A DNA stretch of 64,000 nucleotides from an uncultured Gammaproteobacteria bacterium (GTDB taxonomy: Bacteria > Patescibacteriota > Patescibacteriia > SG8-24), in contig CAZBFO010000004.1 in the NCBI GenBank assembly GCA_964491475.1, positions 3,290 through 67,289 on the forward strand. Reading direction: 5' to 3'. This document shows, piece by piece, positions 48,123 to 58,074 of the stretch (positions are counted from its first letter, which is position 1; every line of letters starts with the position of its first letter). Under the pieces are notes generated by a model. That model made no database searches. It saw nothing but the letters and a program-made list of their open reading frames with translations, and was not told the DNA's origin. A program made the position numbers and the translations under genes.

Positions 48123-49091
48123 TCATCCGACGACGAATGACAGCGTGGGGCCGGACGTAAGCACGTCACGAGTAGTGGGGGCGTTCATTTCCCCGTCCAA
48201 AGTGCAGATGGTCGGTTCCTGGTACTCGATGACCGCGTTCGGCACGGTGGTGTCGAAGGTGCGGGGCAGAGGCATGCCGGCCCAGGCGGCGCCCATGCTG
48301 GCCATGTACCCCCAGAACGACATGTTCGACGAACGGAGCATGAAGTGTCCTGGCGCGCTCATGGCGTCGGGAAGCGCCCGGCAGCCGAGACCGACTTCGT
48401 CGACTGCACCGCACATGATGGTGGTGTGCGTCATGTACGGTCCGACGGGCGGATCGTGCCCGTCCGGCAGCGTGATCTTGGCGTGCACCGGCTTGGTGAG
48501 CAGCTGCTTGGACTTGCGGAAGGTCAGCAGCGACCAGAGCTCGTTGCGGAGCGCCTGCAGGATGACCCGCAACGCCCCGCGCGGTCCGCGCACTTCCTTG
48601 TCTTCGTAGTAGCTCTTCAGCAGGTTGACCGGCAGTCCGGAAGCGTACAGGAATCCGAACTCGTCGTTGACGCGAATCGGGTTCAGGTGCGCGACGTTAA
48701 GCGGTCGGCCCGACTGAATCTGCGTGCGCATCCGTTGCGCCATCTTCACGGCGGAATAGCGAGTCAGGCCGAGCACGTTGCCGACGACGTTCATGGTCCC
48801 CGTGGGGATGATCAGGAACTGCGGCAGCGGCTGGTTCGGACTCGCTTCATGCGCGAGCAGGATGCGCGTGATGGTCTGCTTGACCGTCCCGTCGCCGCCG
48901 GCGATGACCACGATGTCCGGCCGGTCGCGATTCAGCTCGATCGCCGCCTCGTCGAGCTCGGCAAGGTCGGCAGTGTTGTAATGGTACGTGGGCGTGGCGA
49001 GAATCTTGCCGATGACGAGCCCCAAGCCCGCGCGCGAGGTGTTCTTCCCCGCGTTGGCATTGGAGACCACGGCAACCTTCGTTTTGGCCAT
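48123..49091 (-). CDS. Diacylglycerol/sphingosine kinase family protein
   Basis: NANAG, AGGDGT, PTGTMN, TLDGE motifs; start trimmed to 49091. Confidence 0.85.
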   Translation of the reverse strand: MAKTKVAVVSNANAGKNTSRAGLGLVIGKILATPTYHYNTADLAELDEAAIELNRDRPDIVVIAGGDGTVKQTITRILLAHEASPNQPLPQFLIIPTGTMNVVGNVLGLTRYSAVKMAQRMRTQIQSGRPLNVAHLNPIRVNDEFGFLYASGLPVNLLKSYYEDKEVRGPRGALRVILQALRNELWSLLTFRKSKQLLTKPVHAKITLPDGHDPPVGPYMTHTTIMCGAVDEVGLGCRALPDAMSAPGHFMLRSSNMSFWGYMASMGAAWAGMPLPRTFDTTVPNAVIEYQEPTICTLDGEMNAPTTRDVLTSGPTLSFVVG

Positions 49092-49271
49092 TTTTTCCTC
49101 TGTGTCGTCCGCCTGGCATGTGTGAACGACTTGGCATATATAGCAGGAAAGGGCCGTCACGACAAGGGTCTGGGCGCCATCTGCCGGATTGACATATCCT
49201 GATCCAACGTCTATGGTCAGCGGTCGTCAGAACGTCTGCGGTAACTCGCAGCGCGACGACAGGAGAAAACA

Positions 49272-49529
49272 ATGGACAAGCCCGAGAACCTCGAAAATGC
49301 CCCTGGCACCAAACCGGAATACAGGACGGTGCAATTCAAATTGCTGCTCGACACTTACGTAAAGGTCGGAGAGCTCGCGGAGATGCTCAAGTCCGCCAAC
49401 CGCGCTGACGCCGTCGCCAGGGCCATCGACATCGCCGTGATCGTTGTCAGGTGCATCAAGGCGGGAGGCGACGTCATCCTCGTGCACGACAACGAACGCC
49501 GCGACCGGCTGATCGTGGAAGGACTGTAG
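49272..49529 (+). CDS. Small ribbon-helix-helix-like protein
   Basis: TTGACA-17-TATGGT promoter, AGGAG SD; RTVQFKL strand plus two helices (ANRADAVARAI). Confidence 0.65.
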   Translation: MDKPENLENAPGTKPEYRTVQFKLLLDTYVKVGELAEMLKSANRADAVARAIDIAVIVVRCIKAGGDVILVHDNERRDRLIVEGL

Positions 49530-49534
49530 GAGCC

Positions 49535-49873
49535 ATGTCGAGCAAAAAGGAAAGACGCGCCGCCAAAAAAGTGGCCGAGCGCATCGGATACCGCTGGATG
49601 ATGCGATGCCTCCGTGCGGCCGAAAAGGCGATGGAGAAAGGCCAGGCCAGCGTCGAGGTCATCGTCCACCGCGTCGGCAAATACCGTTACGGCAAGCGGT
49701 ACAAGGCCTTTGTGGCAGCCTGCAAGCCGGCCGCAAAGCACGCGATCGCGATGATGCGCAACGGCAGCTTCCGAGCCGGATTCACCTTTCGCAAGGCGGG
49801 AACGAAAGGCGACACCAAGCTCGAGCGTGCCTATCCCCTGTCCCACAAAGTAATCATCGTCATGCACCTGTAG
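49535..49873 (+). CDS. Small, very basic hypothetical protein
   Basis: Begins 5 nt after the previous stop; Lys/Arg-rich; terminator downstream. Confidence 0.6.
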   Translation: MSSKKERRAAKKVAERIGYRWMMRCLRAAEKAMEKGQASVEVIVHRVGKYRYGKRYKAFVAACKPAAKHAIAMMRNGSFRAGFTFRKAGTKGDTKLERAYPLSHKVIIVMHL

Positions 49874-49933
49874 CGTGACGCGCGCTTCTGCCGCCCCATC
49901 AGGCGGTTTTTCTTTAAGAAGGAAAAACGCGCC

Positions 49934-50545
49934 TCAAGAAGAGACGCGCGAAGGGCGAAAGAAGATTTTCCAGATGACGAACGCGAGCGCGATGCCCGCG
50001 ATGACGTCGACCGCGTAGTGCTGGCGGACGAACACCGTCGAGACGGCGACGAGCCCCGCCCAGACAAGCACGGCAGCCCGCATCGGCCTGACGCAATGTC
50101 CGACGGCGAGCGCGGTCAGGAACGAAAGCGAAACGTGCAGGCTGGGAAAACAGTTGCCGTTCACGTCGAGTCGGTACTGCAGCGTCAGGAGCCGATCGAG
50201 GAGGTCCGTGTCCGACAGCGCCACGCGCGGCGGCGGAAGCGAGACCAGCAGGAACAGAGGTGCGCTCACCAGCACGGCCGCCGTGAACGCGCCGCAGAAA
50301 CGCAGGAAGGTACGCCGGTCGCAGGGCACGAACAGCAGCCCCGCAGGCAGCAGATAGGCAGACGTATACGGCACCACGAAAGCGCTGACGTACGGCGTCC
50401 GCCACACCGGATCCCACGGCAAGGCCGAGGCCGGAGCGTGCGGCAGCATGTTCACGCCAAAGTACACCAGCCCCCAAAGCGCCCAAAGACCGAGAAAAAG
50501 GACGAGTCTCTCCGCGAAGGTCGCTTGCGCGGACGGATTGCGCAT
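49934..50545 (-). CDS. PAP2 family / inositol-phosphoceramide-synthase-like membrane phosphatase or phosphotransferase
   Basis: NCFPSLHV and STVFVRQHYAVDV motifs; GGAGGTG SD. Confidence 0.85.
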   Translation of the reverse strand: MRNPSAQATFAERLVLFLGLWALWGLVYFGVNMLPHAPASALPWDPVWRTPYVSAFVVPYTSAYLLPAGLLFVPCDRRTFLRFCGAFTAAVLVSAPLFLLVSLPPPRVALSDTDLLDRLLTLQYRLDVNGNCFPSLHVSLSFLTALAVGHCVRPMRAAVLVWAGLVAVSTVFVRQHYAVDVIAGIALAFVIWKIFFRPSRVSS

Positions 50546-50612
50546 CGATGCACCTCCGGACCAACGGTATGGCAAGCCGAGTCAAAAGAAAAGACCGCCG
50601 CGAAAGCGCCGG

Positions 50613-51155
50613 TCAGTAGTCGATGACGATATGGCTGCCCTGGTTGCGCAGCCATTTGTGAGGATGCCGCAACGGAGCAAGCAGCGTGCGGAGGCTGCGG
50701 CCATGCCCCACGATCATGACCGTCTCGTCGTCATGCTCGATCTTGAGGTCTTCGAGCAGCTCGACCTGGCGGTCGTACACGTCGATGCCGCGCTCGCCGC
50801 CGAAGCGCGTGAAGTCCGCCTGCAGCGCGAGCCTGGCCATGGGAAGGTTGCGAAACCCGCACTTCAGCGCGAATTGCGGGAACGATAACCCGTCGAGCGT
50901 ACCGAAACCGCATTCACGCAGGCGACGGTCGACGGTCACCGTCACACCGACGAGCTCGGCGACGATTTCCGCGGTCTGCATGGAGCGAGCCAGGTCGGAA
51001 CACCAGATGCCGACGAGGCCGTAAGATCGCACGCCTCGCGCGAGTTCCACGGCCTGCTTCCAGCCGGTGTCGTCCAGCGGGATGTCGATGTGACCCTGCA
51101 TCAGGCCGTGCGCGTTGTATGCCGTCCGACAATGCCGCGCGATGACGGTTTTCAT
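50613..51155 (-). CDS. Histidine phosphatase (phosphoglycerate mutase) family protein
   Basis: RHCRT (RHG variant), SDLARSMQTA, LRECGFG, VGHG; GGAGG SD. Confidence 0.87.
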   Translation of the reverse strand: MKTVIARHCRTAYNAHGLMQGHIDIPLDDTGWKQAVELARGVRSYGLVGIWCSDLARSMQTAEIVAELVGVTVTVDRRLRECGFGTLDGLSFPQFALKCGFRNLPMARLALQADFTRFGGERGIDVYDRQVELLEDLKIEHDDETVMIVGHGRSLRTLLAPLRHPHKWLRNQGSHIVIDY

Positions 51156-51230
51156 GCGAGGCCTCCGTTGAAAAAAAGAGCCAGCCAAGCATAACAGCGG
51201 CCACGCCGTCCGTGAAGCAAAACCGCCCCT

Positions 51231-52196
51231 CTATTGGGGCGGTTCTTTCGGGGTCTCGTCGTCTTTTTTTTCCGCTTCAGACTCAACGTCCTTTTCTTCC
51301 AACGCCTCCGTCTTCTCTTCGTCGGGCAGCCTGGCATCCACTTCCTCGTCGGCAACCATCTCTGGTGCCATCGGCACGTGCTCAATTCCCGAAACGGGCT
51401 GGCTCCGCTCGTCGGAGACGATGCTGCCCATGATCAGGAAGTACACGACGGTATAGGCGAACGGGATCGGCAGCGCCATGAAACCGAACAGGATGTTGAT
51501 CAGAATGGGCAACGTCACCGCATGCAGGCCGCAAGCGAACCAAGAGGCGTAGCGCATGTTCACGCGCCACAGCTTGCCGAACAGCCAGGCGAACAGCGAA
51601 TAGACGGCCACGGTCAAGACCGTCGAAGCCAGGAACCCGGCCCAGAACAGCGCCCCAAAAAGCAGGGTGGCAAGCACTAAAATCCAGCCGCCGAAATCGG
51701 ACAGCCATCCCAGAACCATGTATCGGCTCAACGTCAAGTCGGGCAGCGTCCTGAACTCCCGCACTTCCATCGCATCTACCGGATTGCGCACGAACATCGC
51801 GTCACGTCCCAGGAGGATGCCGGCGGTCTTCAGCTTTTCGGGAAACGCGGTGCCCTCGTGAGAGGGATCGACGATGACGTGAAAACTGTCATTACCCAGC
51901 TCATACGGCACCGAAAGCGTGGTCGACAACTGCCCGTGCGAGACGGTGATTGAAGCGGTCTCCGGTAACGTCTTGTAGAGGTAGTCAGACAGGGCCGCCT
52001 TCACCCCCAGCGAAACGGGAACAAAAAGCAGCGTAACGCAGATCGCCAGCGCGAAATGCAGCCGCATCGCATACCACACCGCCTCTTTCACCGGCCGCGT
52101 GCGCACTCCGCGGTAAAACTCCATGTCATAACAGCTCTTCCCCGCCACAGCGAAGAAAGCCCCGATTCCATTGAACATTTTGCGTACGGTATTCAT
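51231..52196 (-). CDS. DUF1189-like membrane protein
   Basis: FY...R..A..Y N-terminus, TM helix, extracellular domain, further TM helices with HAVTLP; TGCTATACT -10 seven nt upstream. Confidence 0.72.
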   Translation of the reverse strand: MNTVRKMFNGIGAFFAVAGKSCYDMEFYRGVRTRPVKEAVWYAMRLHFALAICVTLLFVPVSLGVKAALSDYLYKTLPETASITVSHGQLSTTLSVPYELGNDSFHVIVDPSHEGTAFPEKLKTAGILLGRDAMFVRNPVDAMEVREFRTLPDLTLSRYMVLGWLSDFGGWILVLATLLFGALFWAGFLASTVLTVAVYSLFAWLFGKLWRVNMRYASWFACGLHAVTLPILINILFGFMALPIPFAYTVVYFLIMGSIVSDERSQPVSGIEHVPMAPEMVADEEVDARLPDEEKTEALEEKDVESEAEKKDDETPKEPPQ

Positions 52197-52315
52197 GTCG
52201 CAAAGTATAGCATAAGCCCCCGCAACGTTCTCGCGGGGGTCCGGCGGGCGCGCGGGGCGCATGTTCAGAAAAACCAAAGCCCCGGGAACGTGCCCCGGGG
52301 CTTCTTGCTGTTCAG

Positions 52316-54808
52316 TTAGACCAGAGTGGCGTTCGCAACTCCGTCCTTGTCCTCCTTGAAGCGCATGATGCGCACGCCCTGCGTGTCGCGCCCGAGCACG
52401 GGCACCTGGGCGATCGGCATGCGGATCATCTGGCCCTTCGAGGAGACGGCGAGCAGGTCGCGTTCCTCCTTGGAATTGACCACCATGCCCATGACGATGG
52501 TGCCGGTCTTGTCGGTCACGTGGGCAGTCTTGATGCCGGAGCCGCCGCGACCCTGGACCTTGTACTGCTCCAGGCCGGTGCGCTTGCCGAAGCCATTCTC
52601 CATGATGATCATCAGCTCGAAGCCGCTCTTCTTTCCGTCGTCCGGTGAAACGACGTCCATGCCCACGACCTTGTCGCGGTTCTTGAGCTTGATGCCGCGC
52701 ACTCCTGCTGCAGCGCGTCCCATGGGGCGCACGTCCTTCTCGGAGAAGCGGATGGACTGGCCCTCGGCGGTGACCACCGAGACTTCTTCCTTGCCGTTGG
52801 TTGGCTTGACCCACTCCAGCAGGTCGTCGCCGTTCAGCTTGATGGCGATCAGGCCGCTGCGGCGCACGTTCTTGAAGTCCTCCAGCGGGGTCTTCTTCAC
52901 GTTGCCCTTGGTGGTGGCCATCATCAGGAACTTGGAGTCCGGCATCTCGTCCGAAGACAGCACTGCCGAGACCTTCTCGCCCGGGGCGAGCTGCAGGAAG
53001 TTCACCATGGCCTGGCCCTTGGAAGTGCGGGAGCCGGCCGGCACGTCGTAGGCCTTCAGCTGGAAGACGCGGCCCTTGGAGGTGAAGAACAGCAGGTCGG
53101 CGTGGGTGTTGGTCGAGAACAGGTGCTCCACGGCGTCCTCTTCCTTGGTCTTCACTCCCGCGACGCCCTTGCCGCCGCGCTCCTGCGTGCGGAAGGTGTC
53201 CGGCGGCAGGCGCTTGATGTAGCCGTCGGCGGTGATGAGCACGATGGTCGGCTCGTTCGGAATCAAATCCTCCGTGGAGAACTGGCCGACGGCGCCGGCG
53301 ACGATCTGGGTGCGGCGGTCCTGGCCGTACTTTTCCTTGAGGCCGGTGACTTCGGTCTTCACGATGCCCAGGATCTTCTTGGGCGACTTGAGAATGGCCT
53401 CGAGCTCGGCGATCAGCGCCTTCACGGCCTTATACTCGTCCTCGATCTTCTTGCGCTCAAGGTTGGCGAGCTGCTGCAGGCGCATGTCCAAGATGGCCTG
53501 GGCCTGGATCTCGGACAGCTTGAACTTCTTGATGAGGTTGAGCTTGGCGTCGTCCTTGTCGGCAGAGGCGCGGATGGTCTTGATGACGGCGTCGAGATTG
53601 TCGAGCGCGATCTTCAGGCCTTCCAAGACGTGGGCGCGGGCCTTGGCCTTGGCGAGGTCGAACTCGGTGCGCTTGCGCACGATCACCTGGCGGTGCGAGA
53701 CGTACTGCTCCAGCGCGCTCTTGAGGTTCAGTACGCGCGGCTGCAAGCCGTCGACCAGCGCCAGCAGGTTCACGTGGTAGGTGTCCTGCAGCTGCGAGTG
53801 GTGGAACAGGGCGTTCAGCACCTTCTTGGGATAAGCATCGCGCTTCAGTTCGATGACGATGCGCACGCCTTCCTTGTTGGACTCGTCGCGCAGGTCGCGG
53901 ATGCCGTCGATCTTCTTGTCGTTGACCAGCTGGGCGATCTTCTCGAGCAGCGCGGCCTTGTTCACCTGGTACGGCACCTCCGTCACCACGATGTTGAACT
54001 GGCCGTTCTTGGTCTCGACGATTTCGGTCTTGGCGCGCATGACGATGCCGCCGCGGCCGGTGGCGTACGCCTGGGCGATGGCCCGCTTGTCGTAAATGAT
54101 GCCTCCGGTCGGGAAGTCCGGACCTTTCACGAACTCGGTGAGGTCGGGAACGGAACAGTCCGGGTTGTCGATGAGGTGGTTGATGGCGTCGACCAGCTCG
54201 TTGAGGTTGTGCGGCGGGATCTTGGTGGCCATGCCGACGGCGATGCCGTCGGAGCCGTTCAAAAGCAGGTTCGGCAGGTTGGCCGGCAGGACGCTCGGCT
54301 CCTTGTGGGTGCCGTCGTAGTTGGGGATCCAGGGCACCGTCTCCTTCTCGATGTCCGCCATCATGTTCTCCGAAATGGACTCGAGCTTGCACTCGGTGTA
54401 ACGCATGGCGGCCGCGCTGTCGCCGTCCATCGAACCGAAGTTACCTTGGCCGAGCACCAGCGGGTAGCGCATGTTGAAGTCCTGCGCCATGCGGACCAAG
54501 GTGTCGTAAATGGCGGCGTCGCCGTGCGGATGGTACTTGCCCATCACTTCGCCGACGACAGTGGCGGACTTGCGGAACTTGGCGGTGTACTTGAGGCCCG
54601 TGTTCCACATCGCGAAAAGCACGCGGCGGTGCACCGGCTTGAGGCCGTCGCGGGCGTCAGGAAGCGCACGCCCGATGATCACGGACATGGCGTAGTCCAA
54701 GTATGATTCCTGCACTTCGTCGCTGATGTTTCGCGCTATGACCTTGTTGGCGGGTTCATCGATAGGGAGGAGCGGCTGGTTCTTGCCGCCGGTGCTTTTG
54801 CTAGGCAT
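52316..54808 (-). CDS. gyrA: DNA gyrase subunit A
   Basis: [13 protein letters not shown], GyrA-box QERGGKG; Ala at the E. coli Ser83-equivalent position. Confidence 0.98.
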   Translation of the reverse strand: MPSKSTGGKNQPLLPIDEPANKVIARNISDEVQESYLDYAMSVIIGRALPDARDGLKPVHRRVLFAMWNTGLKYTAKFRKSATVVGEVMGKYHPHGDAAIYDTLVRMAQDFNMRYPLVLGQGNFGSMDGDSAAAMRYTECKLESISENMMADIEKETVPWIPNYDGTHKEPSVLPANLPNLLLNGSDGIAVGMATKIPPHNLNELVDAINHLIDNPDCSVPDLTEFVKGPDFPTGGIIYDKRAIAQAYATGRGGIVMRAKTEIVETKNGQFNIVVTEVPYQVNKAALLEKIAQLVNDKKIDGIRDLRDESNKEGVRIVIELKRDAYPKKVLNALFHHSQLQDTYHVNLLALVDGLQPRVLNLKSALEQYVSHRQVIVRKRTEFDLAKAKARAHVLEGLKIALDNLDAVIKTIRASADKDDAKLNLIKKFKLSEIQAQAILDMRLQQLANLERKKIEDEYKAVKALIAELEAILKSPKKILGIVKTEVTGLKEKYGQDRRTQIVAGAVGQFSTEDLIPNEPTIVLITADGYIKRLPPDTFRTQERGGKGVAGVKTKEEDAVEHLFSTNTHADLLFFTSKGRVFQLKAYDVPAGSRTSKGQAMVNFLQLAPGEKVSAVLSSDEMPDSKFLMMATTKGNVKKTPLEDFKNVRRSGLIAIKLNGDDLLEWVKPTNGKEEVSVVTAEGQSIRFSEKDVRPMGRAAAGVRGIKLKNRDKVVGMDVVSPDDGKKSGFELMIIMENGFGKRTGLEQYKVQGRGGSGIKTAHVTDKTGTIVMGMVVNSKEERDLLAVSSKGQMIRMPIAQVPVLGRDTQGVRIMRFKEDKDGVANATLV

Positions 54809-54826
54809 GTCTTTCCGGGTCAGCGG

Positions 54827-55219
54827 TTAGGGAGTTGCGGGAGCATTCACTTTCGTATCGGGGGAGCCGGTGGACGCGTTGGCATTCAGGCCGCTGTTGA
54901 TCTTGGCGCGGAGCTCTTCGATGTTGATGGCGTTGCTGGCGTTGGTGTTGCCGGCCTCCAGCTGGTTGCGAGCCACGGCATTAAGCCGTTCGCGCTGTCT
55001 CTGCAGCAGCTCGACGAACGACTGCGACGAGTCCTGGCCGTCGGCCTTGCGCTCCGATATCCAACGGGACAGCGAAGCATCGCCGGAAGAATCGGCCTTG
55101 AACTTGGCCAGCTGGTGCGGCAGCACGAAGGCCCACAGCGCCACGATGATTGCCGTCGTGCCCCCCACGGAGGCCCACAGTACCAAACGTTTCTTGTGAT
55201 AGTCGTCGAGCTGCGGCAT
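54827..55219 (-). CDS. Hypothetical bitopic membrane protein
   Basis: Lies in an operon between the MBL hydrolase and gyrA; one TM helix. Confidence 0.7.
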   Translation of the reverse strand: MPQLDDYHKKRLVLWASVGGTTAIIVALWAFVLPHQLAKFKADSSGDASLSRWISERKADGQDSSQSFVELLQRQRERLNAVARNQLEAGNTNASNAINIEELRAKINSGLNANASTGSPDTKVNAPATP

Positions 55220-55230
55220 AGGCGTACTGA

Positions 55231-55884
55231 TTATTGCGGTTCAAGGGTGATGACCTTGGTCTCTTCCTGCGGAAGGTCCTTCTTGGAAATCTTCAGTTTG
55301 GGCAGCGCCTCGATCTTTCCCGTACCCATGGCCTTGAGGAAGGCATCGACTGTTTCCAGCTTGCCGCCCGCGCCGCCGACGCCGTAGTGCATCGGAATGA
55401 TGATGCGAGGTTCGAGCTGGGCCACGACCTCCGCGGCCTGCTTGCCGTTCAGCACGTCGCCGCCGCCCACCGGCACGAACAGGATGTCTACAGAATGGAA
55501 CTCCTCGAGGTGCTTTTCTTCCAACGCATGCTTCAGGTCGCCCAGGTGCACCACGTGGATGTCGCCGATGGTGACGTAGTACATCGTGTTGGTCCCCTTC
55601 TCCTTGCCCTCGACGCTGTCGTGGTAGGTGGAGATGCCCGTGACGAAGGCGTCCTTCACTTCGAATTCGCCGGGACCGCTGATGATGAACGGATTGCCGC
55701 CGACCGCCTCGACGTTGTTGTGGCGGTCATGTTCGTGGCTGACAATGACCAGGTCACCCGTCAGGTTCCGCGGGAGCTTGAAGCCGTCCTGATTGGTGAA
55801 AGGGTCGATGACCACGGAAACCTCGTGGCCGTTGATCGTCTCGGAGATGCGGAAGCAGGAAAAACCGTGCCAGGTGATAAGCAT
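55231..55884 (-). CDS. MBL-fold metallo-hydrolase (Lactamase_B_3-like)
   Basis: ITWHGFSCF, IDPF, SHEHDRH, HLGDL, PVGG, IPMHY. Confidence 0.92.
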   Translation of the reverse strand: MLITWHGFSCFRISETINGHEVSVVIDPFTNQDGFKLPRNLTGDLVIVSHEHDRHNNVEAVGGNPFIISGPGEFEVKDAFVTGISTYHDSVEGKEKGTNTMYYVTIGDIHVVHLGDLKHALEEKHLEEFHSVDILFVPVGGGDVLNGKQAAEVVAQLEPRIIIPMHYGVGGAGGKLETVDAFLKAMGTGKIEALPKLKISKKDLPQEETKVITLEPQ

Positions 55885-55998
55885 AAGGTCGAGAAGTTCA
55901 GTGCGCGTTTCGCTGCCAGCGTAACACGCGCGGCACCAAAAGTGAAGCCGTGCAGGTACGAAAAACCGCTCGCGTCAAGGGCGGGCGGTCTTCGATTT

Positions 55999-56724
55999 TC
56001 AGGCTTTCAAAAAGGACGCCAGCGTTCCCTTCCAGTACTCCGTTTCCTGCTCCAGATCGTCCAAATCGGTGTCATTGCCCACCACCGACCAGCCCTCTTC
56101 TATGGTGCGGATGCGCTCCTTGATTTCGGGCTCCCATTTGGCGCTGACGCCGGCCAACCGGCGCAATTCGTCGATTTGCGCGGCTATCTTCTCCTGCCTG
56201 TCGGCATATTGCTTGACCAGCAGCTTGTACTCGTCGCGCTTTTGGGTCGTCACCAGCTGTTCGATCTCCGCGCGGGCGTAGTCACGGGCGATGAACAGCG
56301 CCTGCTCTATGGCCGCAATCTCCTTGGGTTCGAAAAAGCGTTCGAACGGCGATTTTTGCCGCTGCTCGTCTTCGGACTTCACCTTGGGAATGTAGCCGAT
56401 CTTGCCGCCCTCGTGGATGAACCGCTCGTATTTTTGCTTCAGCTCCCCTTCCAGGTTCTCGAGCAAAAACGCCTCTTCGGACGAGTGTCCGTAACGCGCG
56501 TACACGTCTTCGTAGGCCTTGCGGTACGCCCAAGAGTCCTTGCCCAAAGAAACGATAGTCTTCTGAATCTCAAGGTACTTGGTACCCGGCTTCTCCAGGA
56601 ACTGCTGCAGCTTCTTTTCGTAGGCGCGGCGCTTTTCCTTGGAAAAGGTCGGCGGCAAATGCGAGACTGCCAGACGGAGCAGCTCCAGGGTGTAGGTGTA
56701 GGGGTGGAGGGTGGGTTTGGGCAT
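55999..56724 (-). CDS. Hypothetical alpha-helical protein
   Basis: Glu/Lys-rich helical ORF; TGTTATACT -10 upstream; start trimmed to 56724. Confidence 0.75.
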   Translation of the reverse strand: MPKPTLHPYTYTLELLRLAVSHLPPTFSKEKRRAYEKKLQQFLEKPGTKYLEIQKTIVSLGKDSWAYRKAYEDVYARYGHSSEEAFLLENLEGELKQKYERFIHEGGKIGYIPKVKSEDEQRQKSPFERFFEPKEIAAIEQALFIARDYARAEIEQLVTTQKRDEYKLLVKQYADRQEKIAAQIDELRRLAGVSAKWEPEIKERIRTIEEGWSVVGNDTDLDDLEQETEYWKGTLASFLKA

Positions 56725-56859
56725 AGGCTGACCCCAGTATAACAACAAACGGTCCGGTCCGCACTTGCTCACGAATGCGTATTGATTTTTCCGGCCCCTT
56801 CGTGTTTTCATTGTTGTCGGTCCGCAATAACGCTCCTTACATGAAGAAAGAGGAAACGA

Positions 56860-57879
56860 ATGAGCAAATCCGCTGAACATTTGGCGCGAGAGAAGGAGAG
56901 GATAAACGCGCTGATGCGCGAAGAACGGGAACGAGGCGAGATGTTTTGGCGGTATCGCCATACGCTGCGCGTCGGCGATCCCGTGCTGGTGCGCGGAGAA
57001 GATCCGTGGTCCAGATGCAGTCCAGACCATAAGGCCAAACGGTATCCCGTCGGCAGCCCCGGCGTAATCGTGGGCTTCGCCGTCAGGTCCGTGTGCCGCC
57101 TTAATACGTCGGCCAAGACCAAGCCCGGCATCTACGTCGACCAAGAATGGCCGTTCGTCCGTCTGGCCGGCGCGTCCGACATCCGAAGAATCCGCGCGAA
57201 CCATCTTCAGCTTCTCTCGTACGACGCTGCGACGAGGCTTGAGCTGCAGAGGAAGGAGCACCCGGAACGCGCTCCTTTCCATGGTGATTTCATCTGCGAC
57301 CTGCCTGACACCGAGGTATGGGAGGGCGACATCGTCCGCCCGAAGCCGTGGTTGACGGACAAGGTCCCGGAAGAAGTGGCACGCGATTCGGTTCCCGGCT
57401 TGCCGGGCACCTTCGTCGTCAGTTGGATGAGCTTCGTGGAGCATCCCGGTGACGTTCACGAATCGCTCGGGGCCTCACCGCGATTCACCGTCAGCGACCG
57501 GTTCTTCCGAAAGGGGGGCGGCAGCTTTTACGACTTCCAGCTCGAAGTCGTCGAGCGCGGCAACCTCTGGCGGCGCGCCCACGGCCAACGCGAATCGTAT
57601 CGCGACCTGGAGGAGGAAGCCTTCTTCCTCTATCGCATGGGCGAGCTCGATCCGGCGCCGGAGCACTCCCCCAGCTTCCCCACCAGGGAAGAGGCGGTTG
57701 CCGCCGTCCGCATCGGGCCATGGCATGGCATTCGCTACTACGATGAATTCCTCGACTGGGGAAGCAGTACCGGATATACCGTGATCCGTTATCGCGATGA
57801 CGACACCGGTCGGCGAATCGCCGAAGCGACACTCACGTCCGGCTTCATGATTCCCGGCGATTGCGAACCGCCCGCTTGA
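56860..57879 (+). CDS. Hypothetical protein (possibly SH3/KOW-like beta domains)
   Basis: AAGAGG SD; LRVGDPVLVR and WEGDIVRP segments; terminator after the stop. Confidence 0.72.
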   Translation: MSKSAEHLAREKERINALMREERERGEMFWRYRHTLRVGDPVLVRGEDPWSRCSPDHKAKRYPVGSPGVIVGFAVRSVCRLNTSAKTKPGIYVDQEWPFVRLAGASDIRRIRANHLQLLSYDAATRLELQRKEHPERAPFHGDFICDLPDTEVWEGDIVRPKPWLTDKVPEEVARDSVPGLPGTFVVSWMSFVEHPGDVHESLGASPRFTVSDRFFRKGGGSFYDFQLEVVERGNLWRRAHGQRESYRDLEEEAFFLYRMGELDPAPEHSPSFPTREEAVAAVRIGPWHGIRYYDEFLDWGSSTGYTVIRYRDDDTGRRIAEATLTSGFMIPGDCEPPA

Positions 57880-58074
57880 AACACGCCTCCTTCGGCCGAC
57901 GAAGGAGGTTTTTCTTTGCTGAATTTCGTCACAGAGACGCCCCCTTGACCGCAACCGCCATCTCCCCTATACTCCCACAGACTTTAATTCAGTCATTCTC
58001 GAGGCCTGTCTGTGGCTTCGGGAGCTCCATGGTCTGCTTATGCGGGCGACGGGGTTAAGCGATTTTTTTCGTAT

